From NCBI RefSeq assembly GCF_964213995.1, contig NC_135810.1, positions 86,056,001-86,120,000 of the forward strand: a stretch of 64,000 bases of DNA, written 5' to 3'. This DNA comes from Mustelus asterias. Taxonomy: Eukaryota. Position numbers and translations under genes: made by a program. Positions 1-12,076 of this stretch are shown here, one piece after another (the first letter of the stretch is position 1; every line of letters starts with the position of its first letter). The notes under the pieces were generated by a model. That model did not search any database. It saw only the letters and a list, made by a program, of their open reading frames with translations, and was not told the origin of the DNA.

Positions 1-644
1 TCACTTCCCTATAGTAAACAACTCACACGTCATGAAACCCATAGCCATAAAACCACCATTTAAAAATTTTTAACCCCCCCAATTCCAACTGCCTCCCTTC
101 CATGGTAAGGTGGGTGGGAGAAGGTTTAATATTAAAGCTAATCTTTACTTTTGATTTGTAGTATGGATCTGAGTTTATATGCACTCCTTTTGTGGCTGCT
201 CCTCTTCCAGTGTCAATCCCACTCACTATGCAAGACTCATAAAATGATTACAGCACAGCAGGTCATTCAGCCTGTATTATCTGTCGCAGCTCTCTGTAAG
301 AGCAATTGAGCTAGTTCCACACCCCTGCCTTTACTCAGTAGCCCTGTAAAATATTTCTCCGTTGCTGTTCTGAGATCTGCTGGTGTCCATGCCCAACCCT
401 GCTCCTTTTTCACCCTGTTTGAGTCCCAGTTATCTTTAATCACTCATCTGTTCCCAGCCCCATTCCCTGGTCTGCCTTTCTTCTTCCTCAGAGTCATCAT
501 CCTCCTCCGATTTCCAACTGCACTCCAGCTAATGACAAGCTCAGAGTAAAGGGTTGTAAATACTGTTTAAAATGAATGGAGTATAACCAATTTGTAGTTA
601 ACTACACAAGGGCGCACTCTGCTGGGAAATTTAAATCACTGATC

Positions 645-1438
645 ATGGACTTCAACCCAGATAAATGCGTAGTGGTCCATTTTGGCAGGTCAAATGGGAT
701 GAAGGAGTGCAATATTAAGGGAAAGATTCTTAGTACTGTAGAGGATCAGAAGGACCTTGGGGTCCGGGTCCATAGGACTCTAAAATCGGCCCCGCAGGTG
801 GAGGAGGTGGTTAAGAAGGCGTATGGTGTGCTGGCCTTTATCAATCGAGGGATTGAGTTTAGGAGTCCGGGGATAATGATGCAGCTATATAAGACCCTCG
901 TCAGACCCCACTTGGAGTACTGTGCTCAGTTCTGGTCGCCTCATTACAGGAAGGATGTGGAAAAGATTGAAAGGGTGCAGAGGAGATTTACAAGGATGTT
1001 GCCTGGATTGAGTGGCGTGCCTTATGAGGATAGGCTGAGGGAGCTCGGTCTTTTCTCCTTGGAGAGACGTAGGATGAGAGGAGACCTAATAGAGGTATAC
1101 AAGATGTTGAGAGGCATAGATCGGGTGGACTCTCAGAGGCTTTTTCCCAGGGCGGAAATGTCTGCTACGAGAGGACACAGGTTTAAGGTGCTGGGGGGTA
1201 GGTACAGAGGAAAGGTTAGGGGGAAGTTTTTCACACAGAGGGTGGTGGGCGAGTGGAATCGGCCGCCGTCAGTGGTGGTGGAGGCAAACTCAATAGGGTC
1301 TTTTAAGAGACTCCTGGATGAGTACATGGGACTTAATAGGATGGAGGGTTATAGGTAGGCCTAGAAGGTAGGGATATGTTCGGCACAACTTGTGGGGCTG
1401 AAGGGCCTGTTTGTGCTGTAGTTTTTCTATGTTTCTAT
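645..1438 (+). mobile_element. 5'-truncated young CR1 LINE (ORF2 C-terminus, 3' UTR, TTCTATG-type tail)
   Basis: Open frame FNPDKC...LVRPHLEYCAQFWSP...RRMRGDLIEVYK to the stop at 1358, then GAAGGGCCTG...TTTCTATGTTTCTAT. Confidence 0.93.
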
Positions 1439-1497
1439 CTCCCAGGTTGCTGTAGAGAGAGGTTGGGAGAGGAATTACTCATTTCGGAATCTCCAGG

Positions 1498-1546
1498 GTG
1501 TGGGGGTGGGGGGGGGGGGGGGGGGGGGGGCGGGGTGGTGGGGGGA
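1498..1546. repeat. Poly-G / G-rich tract
   Basis: Run of more than 20 G with flanking GGGT units. Confidence 0.85.
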
Positions 1547-1559
1547 GCATTGTGAAGAC

Positions 1560-2410
1560 ACCTGTCCTGCAGTAAGACATCCCTACTTCTGAACTCAAAT
1601 CCTTTTGCAATGAAAGCCAACATACCATTTGCTTTCCTAAATGCTTGCTGCACCTGCCTCTCCACTTTCATTGGCTGGTGTACAAAGACAACCAGATCCA
1701 CACTTCCCAATATATGACCATTTAAATAAGATTCTTCCTTTCTGCTTTTCACACCAAAGTGAATACCTTCACATTTAGCTATGTTGTACTACATATCCAT
1801 GTGTTTGTCCATTCACTCAACTTGTCTAAATCATCTTGAAGACTCCTTTCATACTCCTCACAATTCCACCTAGTTTTGTGTCATCAGCAAACTTAGAAAT
1901 GTTACATTTTGTTCCCTCATCCAGGTTATTTATATATATATCATGAACAATTGGGGCCCAAGCACTTATTCCTGTGGTACTCCACTAGTCACTGCCTGCC
2001 ACTTGGAAAAATACTCATTTATTCCTACTCTCTGCTTCCTGTCTTGCCATGATGTGGAGATGCCGGTGTTGGACTGGGGTAAATACAGTAAGAAGTCTCA
2101 CAACACCAGGTTAAAGTACAACAGGTTTATTTGGTAGCAAAAGCCACTAGTAAAAGAAAACTCGTAAAAGAAAGCTAGTGGCTTTTGCTACCAAATAAAC
2201 CTGTTGGACTTTAACCTGGTGTTGTGAGACTTCTTACCCTGTCTTGCCACCCAATTCTCAATTCATGCCAATACATTACTCCCAATCTCACATGCTTTAA
2301 ATTGCCCACTAACCTCTTCATTCCAGTAGATTTGTTAAGCATGATTTGGCTTTCATAAACCCATGCTGGCTTTGTCCAATCTCATTAATGCTTTCCAAAT
2401 GTTATCAATT
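1560..2410 (-). mobile_element. Degenerate CR1 RT fragment, interrupted by a Penelope-derived insertion
   Basis: Minus strand encodes VTSGVPQ, KFADDTKLGG and KANGMLAFIAKGFEF motifs with frameshifts. Confidence 0.85.
2050..2237 (-). mobile_element. Penelope-derived short fold-back insertion with 12-bp TSD
   Basis: TSD CCTGTCTTGCCA at 2038-2049 and 2238-2249; inverted arms 2088-2150 / 2175-2237; sequence matches the 3' end of the Penelope copy at 4749-5235. Confidence 0.85.
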
Positions 2411-2898
2411 CTGCCACTTCTCTGCTTGATTTGGACCTTCCACATGTTTGAAACACTCGCTTCCTCCAGTCACTCGCCTCTTGGTGTATTTCCCGTCATG
2501 TTTTCCACAGTTACGTCTGTTGTCATCATTGTGGTTAGATGAGGTTATCCTTAGTCTGGATTGATTGGAGGGAAGGCTGTTGCTAAGCTTAGCCTTTTAT
2601 TGAACATTCTGCTGACGATATACAGTACAAGACTTAACATGAGGCTTCACAAAGAACAACCTCCCAGCCTACTCTGTTGTCATATGCTCTTACATTATTG
2701 ATGATGTAGACTGTTCATTTAAATAACAAGCATTAACTCTTTATACTATATACATTACCTCAAGATTCCAGCACCAGTTTCCTCATTAGTGGAAAGGATA
2801 AATGGAATGGGATATATATTCCTCAGAATACACTCTCGGAGTGAGAGCAGGTAAGCTCTTTCTTTCTTTTTCTTGTTGTATCAAGTTATCTAGAGGGG

Positions 2899-3786
2899 AT
2901 GGAAGTGAAGGCAGTGCAATGTTCCTCCTGTAGAATGTTTGAGGTGAGGGACATCATCAGTGTCCCTGCTGATTTCACCTGTGGGAAGTGCACCCATCTG
3001 CAGCTCGTCAAAAACCGCGTTAGGGAACTGGAGCTGGAGCTGGATGAACTTCGGATCATTCGGGAGGCAGAGGAGTACATATGTAGAAGCTTCAGGGATG
3101 GAGTTACTCCAAGGAATGAAGATAGATGGGTGACGGTGAGAGGGGCTGGGAGGAAGCAGTCAGTGCAGGGATCCCCTATGGTCGTTCCCCTTGGCAACAA
3201 GTATACCGCTTTGGGTACAGTTGACGGGGACGACCTACCAGTGGTAAGCCACGGTGACCGGATCTCCAGCACTGAGTCTGTCCCTGTGGCTCAGAAGGGA
3301 AATGGGGAGAGCAGGAGAGCGATAGTTATTGGGGACTCGTTAGTTAGAGGGACAGATAGGAGCTTCTGTAGCAGCGAAAGAGACTCACGGATGGTATGCT
3401 GCCTCCTGGGTGCCAGGGTCCGTGACGTCTCAGACCGTGTTTTCAGGATCCTTAAGGGGGCGGGGGAACAGTCACAAGTCATGGTAACCATCGGTACCAA
3501 CGACATAGGTAAGAGAAGGGACGGGGATTTAAAACAGGAATTTAGGGAGCTAGGGTGGAAGCTGAGAGCCAAGACAAACCATGTTGTCATCTCTGGTTTG
3601 TTGCCGGTGCCACGTGATAGCGAGTTGAGGAATAGGGAGAGAGTGCAGATAAACACGTGGCTGCAGGGATGGTGTAGGAGGGAGGGTTTCAGTTACGTGG
3701 ATAATTGGAGCACATTCTGGGGAAGGTGGAACCTGTACAAACAGGACAGGTTGCACCTGAACCAGAGGGGCACCAATATCCTGTGA
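2899..3786 (+). pseudogene. CR1 ORF1p (zinc finger, leucine zipper, SGNH/GDSL esterase), slightly truncated
   Basis: CxxC...CxxC, then heptad leucines (LELELDEL), then esterase blocks VIGDSLVRG, IGTND and DRLHL. Confidence 0.88.
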
Positions 3787-4748
3787 GGGAAATTTGCTAC
3801 GGCTCTTCGGGGGGGGGGGGGGTTTAAACTAATTTGTCAGGGGGATGGGAAAAGGAGCTGTAGTCCAGAAGCCAGTGTTGAGTGTAGTGAGGTACTGAGG
3901 AAGGTATCAAGGTCGCAGGAGTGTACCGGCAGGCAGGAAGGTGGGTTGAAGAGTGTCTACTTCAATGCAAGGAGCATCCGGAATAAGGTAGGTGAACTTG
4001 GAGCGTGGATTGGTACTTGGTACTTCGATGTTGTGGCCATTACGGAGACATGGTTAGAACAGGAACAGGAATGGTTGTTGGAGGTTCAGGGTTATAGATG
4101 TTTCAGTAAGAGTAGGGAAGGTGGTAAAAGAGGTGGAGGAGTAACAACTATCCTTGTTAATCAAGGATAGTTTAACAGCTGCAGAAAGGCAGTTCGAGGG
4201 GGATCTGCACACTGAGGTAATATGGGCTGAAGTTAGAAATAGGAAAGGAGCGGTCACGTTGTTAGGAGTTTTCTATAGGCCCCCAAATAGTAATAGAGAT
4301 GTGGAGGAAGAAATTGCAAAGCAGATTATGGATAGGTGTGGAGGTCACAGGGTAGTTGTCATGGGTGACTTTAACTTTCCAAATATTGATTGGAACCTTT
4401 ATAGGTCGAATAGTTCGGATGGGGCAGTTTTTGTACGGTGTGTGCAGGAGGGTTTCCTGACACAATATGTGGATAGGCTGACAAGAGGTGGGGCCACATT
4501 GGATTTGGTACTGGGTAATGAACCGGGCCAAGTCTTAGATTTGGTTGTGGGAGAGCACTTTGGAGATAGTGACCACAATTCGGTGTCTTTCATTATTGCA
4601 ATGGAGAGGGATAGGGCCTTGCGGCAAGGCCACGTTTATAATTGGGGGAGGGGCAATTATGATGCGATTCGGCAAGAATTAGGGAGCATAAGATGGCAAC
4701 AGAAACTGTCAGGGAAGGGCACAAATGAAATATCAGTTTCTGCTCAGT

Positions 4749-5235
4749 GATTCAGCCTCTGATCTTCAGGTAAGCATTCTCCAAGGCGGCCTTCACGACA
4801 CACAACGCAGAGTCGCTGAGCAGAAACTGATAGCCAAGCTCCGCACACATGAGGACGGCCTCAACCGGGATCTTGGGTTCATGTCACACTATCAGTAACC
4901 CCCATGACTTGCCTGGACTTGCAAAATCTCACTAACTTTCCTGTCTGGAAACAATCCACATCTTTTAACCGGTGCCTAATGCTCTCTCCACTCACATTGT
5001 CTGTATCTTTAAGACTTGATTAGCTGTAAAGACTCACATTCCAATAATTATTCATGTAAATTGAGTTTGTGTCTTTGTGCCCTGTTTGTGATCAGAACTC
5101 CCACCCACCTGACGCAGGAACAGCATTCCGAAAGCTAGTGGCTTTTGCTACCAAATAACCCTGTTGGACTTTAACCTGGTGTTGTTAGACTTCTTACTGT
5201 GTTTACCCCAGTCCAACGCCAGCATCTCCACATCA
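4749..5235 (+). mobile_element. Penelope-like element 3' fragment (GIY-YIG C-terminus and pLTR with degenerate hammerhead)
   Basis: Encodes ...RRVAEQKLIAKLRTHEDGLNRDLGFMSHYQ*; hammerhead-like CTGACGCA-GGAA..TTCC-GAAA at 5105-5141; homologous to 32521-33015. Confidence 0.85.
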
Positions 5236-7482
5236 TATCTCATAGAAGACAGAGGGTGGTGGTGGATGGAAAATTTTCAGACTGGAGACCAGTTACCAGC
5301 GGAGTACCACAGGGATCAGTGCTGGGTCCTCTGCTATTTGTGATTTTTATCAATGACTTGGAGGAGGGGGCTGAAGGGTGGATCAGTAAATTTGCTGATG
5401 ACACCAAGATTGGTGGAGTAGTGGATGAGGTGGAGGGCTGTTGTAGGCTGCAAAGAGACATTGATAGGATGCAGAGCTGGGCCGAAAAATGGCAGATGGA
5501 TTTTAACCCTGATAAGTGCGAGGTGATTCATTTTGGTAGGACAAATTTGAATGCGGAATACAGGGTCAACGGTAGGGTTCTGAGGAATGTGGAGGAATAG
5601 AGAGATCTTGGGGTTCATATCCACAGATCTCTGAAGGTTGCCACTCAAGTGGATAGAGCCGTGAAGAAGGCCTATAGTGTGTTTGCATTTATTAACAGGG
5701 GGTTTGAGTTTAAGAGCCGTGGGGTAATGCTGCAACTGTACAGGACCTTGGTGAGACCACATTTGGAATATTGTGTGCAGTTCTGGTCACCTCACTATAA
5801 GAAGGATGTGGAAGCATTGGAGTGAGTGCAAAGGAGATTTACCAGGATGCTGCCTGGTTTGGAGGGTAGGTCTTATGAGGAAAGGTTGAGGGAGCCAGGG
5901 CTTTTCTCTTTAGAGCGGAGGAGGATGAGAGGCGACTTAATAGAGGTTTATAAGATGATGAGGGGGATAGATAGAGTGGACGTTCAGAGACTATTTCCTC
6001 GGGTGGATGTAGCTGTTACTAGGGGGCATAACTATAAGGTTCATGGTGGGAGATATAGGAGGGATGTCCGAGGTAGGTTCTTTACTCGGAGAGTGGTTGC
6101 GGTGTGGAATGGACTGCCTGCTATGATAGTGGAGTCAGACACTTTAGGAACTTTCAAGCAGTTATTGGATAGGCACGTGGAGCACACCAGAATGATAGGG
6201 AGTGGGATAGCTTGATCTTGGTTTTGGTCAAAGCTCGGCACAACATTGTAGGCCGAAGGGCCTGTACTGTGCTGTACTGTTCTATGTTTCTATGTTTACA
6301 CAACATTTAGTTGACTGTCTGGTAAACTCATTATATTTCTTTTAGATCAGTAAGCATTAATTATACTAATTTGGATTCACTATGTTGGTTTAAATCCTAT
6401 TTAAGTCAGCTTACCACATACAAGCTGAAGATCATTAATAACCGTTATTTTACTACAATCTCTTTACTTCTTATTGCCTGGCATGTCAGGCTGCATGAAT
6501 GATAATTTGGTATCTTATTTTAGATGGCAGGTTTAGATTCCTGTAATAATTATCCCTGTTTTAGCTTGAATGTTTATATTTCGTCCATTAGAATATAATG
6601 AAGAACTTGCAGTTATTTGTACTTTTTAATACCTAGCTGTTCAGTTGGTACTGATAGCATTTCATTGTATTTCTCAAAGAAGTTGTCTAAATCAACAGAT
6701 ATTTTGTAAACAAATTGGCATCAAATGTCTCCAGGGCTCGGGGCAGACCCCTGATGGAAAAGGACTGGTGGGGAGGAGGGAGCTGGAATTGGCAGGCCTC
6801 TGTCCTGCAAATGTAACTGGGATTTCCAATGGGGAATGGAAATTATCTGCACCCTATTAATGATAAGCAGAATGTTATCACCCACTGGAGCTTTGCCTCA
6901 GTTGCACTGAGAAATTTGGATATTAACAAAATATTGGTGTCCAGGTTCGTGAATTGACAAAAGTGGGGCCCACTGAGGAGTCCAGGTCAAAGTCAAAGCC
7001 CAGAGGTGACTCGAGTCACCTTCAATTTTAAGAAACCAATTCTCATAGAGGGGGCCGATTAGCTGCAGCACTTTAACGCAAACCCGTCAACAACATCCTC
7101 ATCTGAAACTGCACAGCTTGGTTCTCTCTTCTTCTGCTTGAACAGTCACCCAATGTGTGCTCATTTGGCAGAAGTGTTTGCTGAAATTATTTAGATAATT
7201 TGAACATGTTCTGGCCTGGATTCAGAATACAATTCATCAGCAGATTGCTGTTTCTGCTCCACTATATGGTACAATGGGAATATAAATTTTTACTCTCTCT
7301 ACTAAGGCCCTTTGTGGGTGTACTGCTTCACTCTTTTCCATGTCATCAGAGCAGATGAGATAAGCATTTGGAATCTCAGCAGCAGAATCACATTGCAGTT
7401 GATCTAGTCATTTATGATGGACCTACACTGCCATGGAATTGGAGTGGGCGAGAAGCGGACAATGGAAATGTCCATTGATCTC

Positions 7483-7566
7483 GGGCGGGAATTTCCAGTC
7501 TTGCTCGAGCGGTTCGCACCCCTATGATTCCCATGGCAGCCGGCCATCGGAAAATTCCCCCCCCCC
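7483..7566. mobile_element. Degenerate short MITE with GGGCGG-type termini
   Basis: GGGCGGGAATTTCC ... GGAAAATTCCCCC inverted ends, similar to 26551-26687. Confidence 0.45.
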
Positions 7567-8002
7567 TTATGGCCAACATCAAAGGAGCTTACACAGCACA
7601 CCCTCGTCTTGTTATCACACCTTGTGAGTTATAAAATCATATGCCCAAATTTTCGCAGAGATGGGAGTGCTCTGTGCCTTAACTAAAATAGTGCCAGGGC
7701 TCTGATTTTAGGAGTCCTGCCCCCAGATCTGACACCTGGGTGGGGGGCGGGGTGGGGTTGTCATGGAGGGTGTATGGATAAAGAGTGGTGGGTGGGAAGG
7801 GCATGGTTTGGCATGTATTTAAAATAAATTGGCATGGGGCAAGGCCATTGGAATGAGTTTGGAGAGTGGGTTTGCTTAGTAAAGGGGCTATAAAGAGCCA
7901 TGAAGGGGGGGGGGGGTCATGGGTTGACATGGAGAGTGAGGGGCCATGGCAAGGTAGGTAGAGGGACATGGGTTAGCATAGAAGCTATGGGGTCTGGTGC
8001 TG

Positions 8003-8745
8003 TGTCCAAAATAAAATTGGACATTTGAAAATTGACATTAATAGGGTGCAGAATTGGGCACTCTAAATTAAACTACAGTCAGTTCCAGCAATTAGCCTGC
8101 AGAAAATCAGAGCTGGCCAAAGTTCAAATATACGGAACCCAGACAGGCTGCCGGGGCATGTCTGGATTCGCCCTATCGATAACCCATCAAGTGATCATCG
8201 CTCCTATTTGCTATGCACCAGCCTATTTTCCGCAGCCTAGATGGGGCCAGACTCCAAGGTGCCCGGGGCGGGCTCAGGTGTCCTGTCAACATGACATCAA
8301 CTAGACCACTGGGTGCTGAGACCCTCCCCTCCCGAGGCCCCATTGGCAGAAGGCCAAGGGCAGGTGGAAAATGCAGGAGGTCACAGGGGGATAAAATAGG
8401 CATTCCGGATACCTTGGGAATGAAGACTCGAGGCAGGAGACAATCGAGACCAGACCAGAGAAGGGAGGAAGGAAGCAAGCAAGAAACAGTCTGCGAGAAT
8501 CACCTTCGCGAAGACGAACCAGAGGCACTCATGGACCGGATCTACAGCCTACCAAGCCACCTTTACGGCTAGTATAGCCGAATCATGGATGTTTCTTGTA
8601 TACATAGAGGGTAATTTACGGGTTAACTGTATTTAATAAAGTTTGTTGCATTATATATCCGTGTCCGTACTTTGTTCTTCTTATAAGTAAAGGCACCTGG
8701 GTAAAACTTAGATTAAGAAGCTGGTTGAAGTATTTGAATTGGACA
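8003..8745 (+). mobile_element. LTR-like segment inserted in a G-rich non-autonomous repeat
   Basis: TGTCCAA...TTGGACA inverted ends, TATA-like GATAAAA near 8390 and AATAAA at 8635; no clear TSD. Confidence 0.4.
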
Positions 8746-8904
8746 GATACAACAGAGAGGCCATGAGTTGGTATGGAGAATATGAGGGCCATGGGGGTGG
8801 GTAGAGCATGTGTTGGTAGGGATGGGGTATGGGGAGTGTGTGTGTGGGAGGGGTGAGGATTGGAGAGCCTTACTGTTTTTATTGAAGGTCTAAAACTGCA
8901 GCGG

Positions 8905-9465
8905 TCAGACCCCATTTGCAGTATTGTGAGCAGTTGTGGGCCCCATATCTAAGGAAGGATGTGCTGGCCTTGGAAAGGTTCAGAAGAGGTTCACAAGAAT
9001 GACCTCTGGAATGAAGAGCTTGTCGTATGAGGAACGGTTGAGGACTCTGGGTCTGTACTCATTGGAGTTTAGAAGGATGAGGGAGGATCTTATTGAAACT
9101 TACAGGATACCGCGAGACCTGGATAGGGTGGATATGGAGAGGATGTTTCCACTAGTAGCAAAAACTAGAACCAGAGGGCACAACTTCAGGCTAAAGGAAC
9201 GATCCTTTAAAGCAGAGATGAGGAGGAATTTCTTCAGCCAGAGAGTGGCGAATCTGTGGAACTCTTTGCCACAGAAGGTTGTGGAGGCCAGGTCATTGTG
9301 TGTCTTTAAGATAGAGAAAGATATGTTCTTGATTAATAAGGGGATCAGGGGTTATGGGGAAAAGGCAGGAGAATGGGGATGAGAAAAAAATCAGCCATGA
9401 TTGAATGGCGGAACAGACTCGATGGGCCGAGTGGCCTAATTCTGCTCCTATGTCTTATGGTCTTA
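8905..9465 (+). mobile_element. 5'-truncated CR1 LINE
   Basis: VQKRFTRM...YEERLRTLGLYSLEFRRMR..LIETY...WNSLP, followed by 3' UTR hairpin and CTTATG tail. Confidence 0.9.
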
Positions 9466-11364
9466 ATAGCCTGTCTTGCCATTCAGCAGCCTCAGTGACT
9501 GCCTCCGCACTGTTTCCAGAGGTGGCAGGCTCGACTCCAGCATCTCCCATCCCAGAAACAAAAATCCGGCTGGTCGGGAAAGTTTCTCCCAAGTTGGGTT
9601 TCTTTCGTCGGGAAATTTCCCAACTCTGCGTACCTGACTTGGGAATGAAAATTCGGGCCATAATATCCGACTGGGTATCCCTGATAATTTGTTCATATCT
9701 GCTTTGATCCACACTCCCTGGCAGCCTTTTAACTCACTGGCAGCTTTTCTACCTATGAAAAAGAATACATCATCAAGCTCCTCTTTAATGCGAACTCACA
9801 TTCCTCTAACAGATCAATCACACTCACAGCTACTCCAGAACCTCCTCACCTTGTACCTTGTTCCCAGCAGAGTGTCTCCTTTAGCAGCCATCTTTGTGGT
9901 TCAAGGTTGTGGGCTAGAGCCTATGATGCACACGGTATAAAGCACACTTGATGGTGCATCACCAGGCCTGACCATTTCATGCTGCACCATCTCTCCAGCC
10001 AAATCTTCCATCTCTCCAGCCAATTATTATAGAGACATCCTGAGGGCAAGGATAACCTGAAAATTCACTTCACATCATGAACAAGCTCTTCAAAAGATCT
10101 TCTCCAGCCAATTGACTGTATATGTGAAGCTCAAGGATACCTTTGTTTCCCAATTGAAGCCATCTGGAGGCCTCTGCCCCCTCCCCTTCCTAACTCCTAT
10201 CAACTCGAACCTTTCCCTAAGCCCACCTGAGTTTTCGCCACATTCATTTTTTCCACCTTTCTGTTTGCTTGATTTTTCCACTCAAGCAATTTATTCTTGG
10301 ATTTATGTTTGTTGTCATTGCCAATCTTTCCAATGCCTCAGGTAAGTTAACCCTCCCCACTTCCAGTCTGGTTCAGTGCAAAGTGACAGCCATTTCCACA
10401 GCCATTCTGGTTATATGGGTTGGTATGGAAAGTCTTTCAAATTGCATCAAAAAGTTTACATCGGACACCTAAATTTACAGGTGAAAAACTGCTGAACAAA
10501 ATTAGTAAAGAAGGTTAACACATTAAAAATGTAATTTACTTCAGGAAAAAGTGACATTAGAGGATCCACAAGCTGCCTGAAGGTGAAATGTATTTGTAAA
10601 ATGCACATTGCGAATATGGTTAAGGAGTGAACCTGTCTGGAATTTTGGCACATGTCCTTAGATGTACTGATGGTAATTACTTTGCCTCTTGTACTTTAGT
10701 ATTCCTTAACTATTAATACACTGTAATAGTTTTAACTTTCATTGTTTTGAAGAAGCAACAGATACTGAAAATATCATGACATGGCCCTATTTTGAGAACT
10801 AGATGTTTCAAACTGAGTGTTTGCCAAACAGCAGCTTGTTGCTTTTCAGAAAATAGAACATTTTTCGAAGTTATCTATAAAGCTCCAGCATTAAATTGAA
10901 TCACCTATCCAATTTGCAGTTTGTCTTTATTTCAAGACAACCAATACAATCTAATGAAAACTGTTATATCCTTTCTGACTGGGTTAAAGTTTGTTCAAAT
11001 TGGAATAATTTCACATGCTCATTGATATGGATGATTTGAAAAAAGGTCAGGTACTATATCAGTTACTAATCCAATTCATACAGCCTTGCTTTCAATGAAC
11101 TGTCCATCAGTTACAGGGATATATTTGTTTAAAGGTTCAATCTCATTTTTCTTTCTTGCAGGTTGTCCCAGAGGAAGGCCTATAACGCTGATAATTCCAT
11201 TTAGAAACTGTTGACTGAGTGAACGAGTTTGAATTTTTACTGATTGGAATGTCAAGTCGAAGTGTTGTTGAACCAACTTAACACTTCAGTTCTCGAATAA
11301 CCTTCTTTACTATCTGCAACTAATATTGCTCTACTGTAAGTTTCATTTCACTCAATATTTTTTA

Positions 11365-11585
11365 ATCGCTCAGGGCATGTGGGCGTCAGTGGCTGGGCCA
11401 GCATTTTATTACTCATCCTTTCCTTGATTTCCAAGGGCATTTTAGAGTTAACCACATTGCTGCGGATTTGGAGTTACATGTAAGCCAGACCAGGTAAGGA
11501 TGGCAGATTTCTCTCCCTAAAGATTTCACCATCTGCCACGGTGGGATTTGAACAGGTGTCCCTGGATCTTGTTCTGGGTCTCTGG
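11365..11585 (-). mobile_element. Deu-domain SINE (SacSINE1-like), internally deleted
   Basis: Minus strand has GAAATCTGCCATCCTTACCTGGTCTGG...ACATGT..CTCC, the Deu core, plus a tail shared with the CR1-like LINE at 33060-33150. Confidence 0.65.
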
Positions 11586-11862
11586 AAGACAATATAAACA
11601 GAATTCCATCTGCATTCAGATAGCCCAGGACCATGATTACTTACAATGAATGCTGACTAATACTTCTGCAAACAGATGCAAGGTAGCTAGCATGAATTAC
11701 ACTCCACCTGTACAGGGATCAAGATCAGAATAATCTACTAAATACAGTTCCAAACAAGCTGAACATTCTCATTTACCGACTTGCTTCTGTTAATATTGAA
11801 ATGCTTCAGTGACTAGAGTCTGGCAATTACATATCATGCCACAAGCATGACAGTAAATATTT

Positions 11863-12076
11863 TAAGAAGTTTAACAACACCAGGTTAAAGTCCAACAGGT
11901 TTATTTGGTAGCAAAAGCCACACAAGCTTTCGGAGCTCCAAGCCCCTTCTTCAGGTGAGTCAGGAGCTCCGAAAGCTTGTGTGGCTTTTGCTACCAAATA
12001 AACCTGTTGGACTTTAACCTGGTGTTGTTAAACTTCTTACTGTGTTTACCCCAGTCCAACGCCGGCATCTCCACAT
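11863..12076 (+). mobile_element. Penelope-derived fold-back insertion with ~13-15-bp TSD
   Basis: TSD CAGTAAATATTTT(AA) at 11851 and 12077; perfect 77-bp inverted arms 11863-11939 / 11963-12039 with a 23-nt loop. Confidence 0.88.
11920..11957 (-). ncRNA. Minimal type I hammerhead ribozyme motif (Penelope type)
   Basis: Minus strand: CAC-CUGAAGA-A-GGGGC uugga GCUCC-GAAA-GC-UU-GUG. Confidence 0.65.

Larger units (their letters stand above)
2830..6298 (+). mobile_element. CR1 LINE with ORF1, endonuclease and RT C-half; middle of ORF2 replaced by a Penelope fragment
   Basis: ORF1 at 2899-3786; APE endonuclease motifs NARS, ITETW, GDFN, LDLVL, SDH at 3946-4734; RT motifs GVPQGSVLGP, FADD at 5236-6215 with stops; TTCTATG tail. 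Confidence 0.93.

Noticed and set aside
23-226. 67-aa minus-strand ORF at the window start
   Set aside because: No recognisable family or splice context.
576-1358. 260-aa ORF as a host gene
   Set aside because: It is a truncated CR1 ORF2 C-terminus with a chance upstream in-frame ATG and lacks the RT catalytic core.
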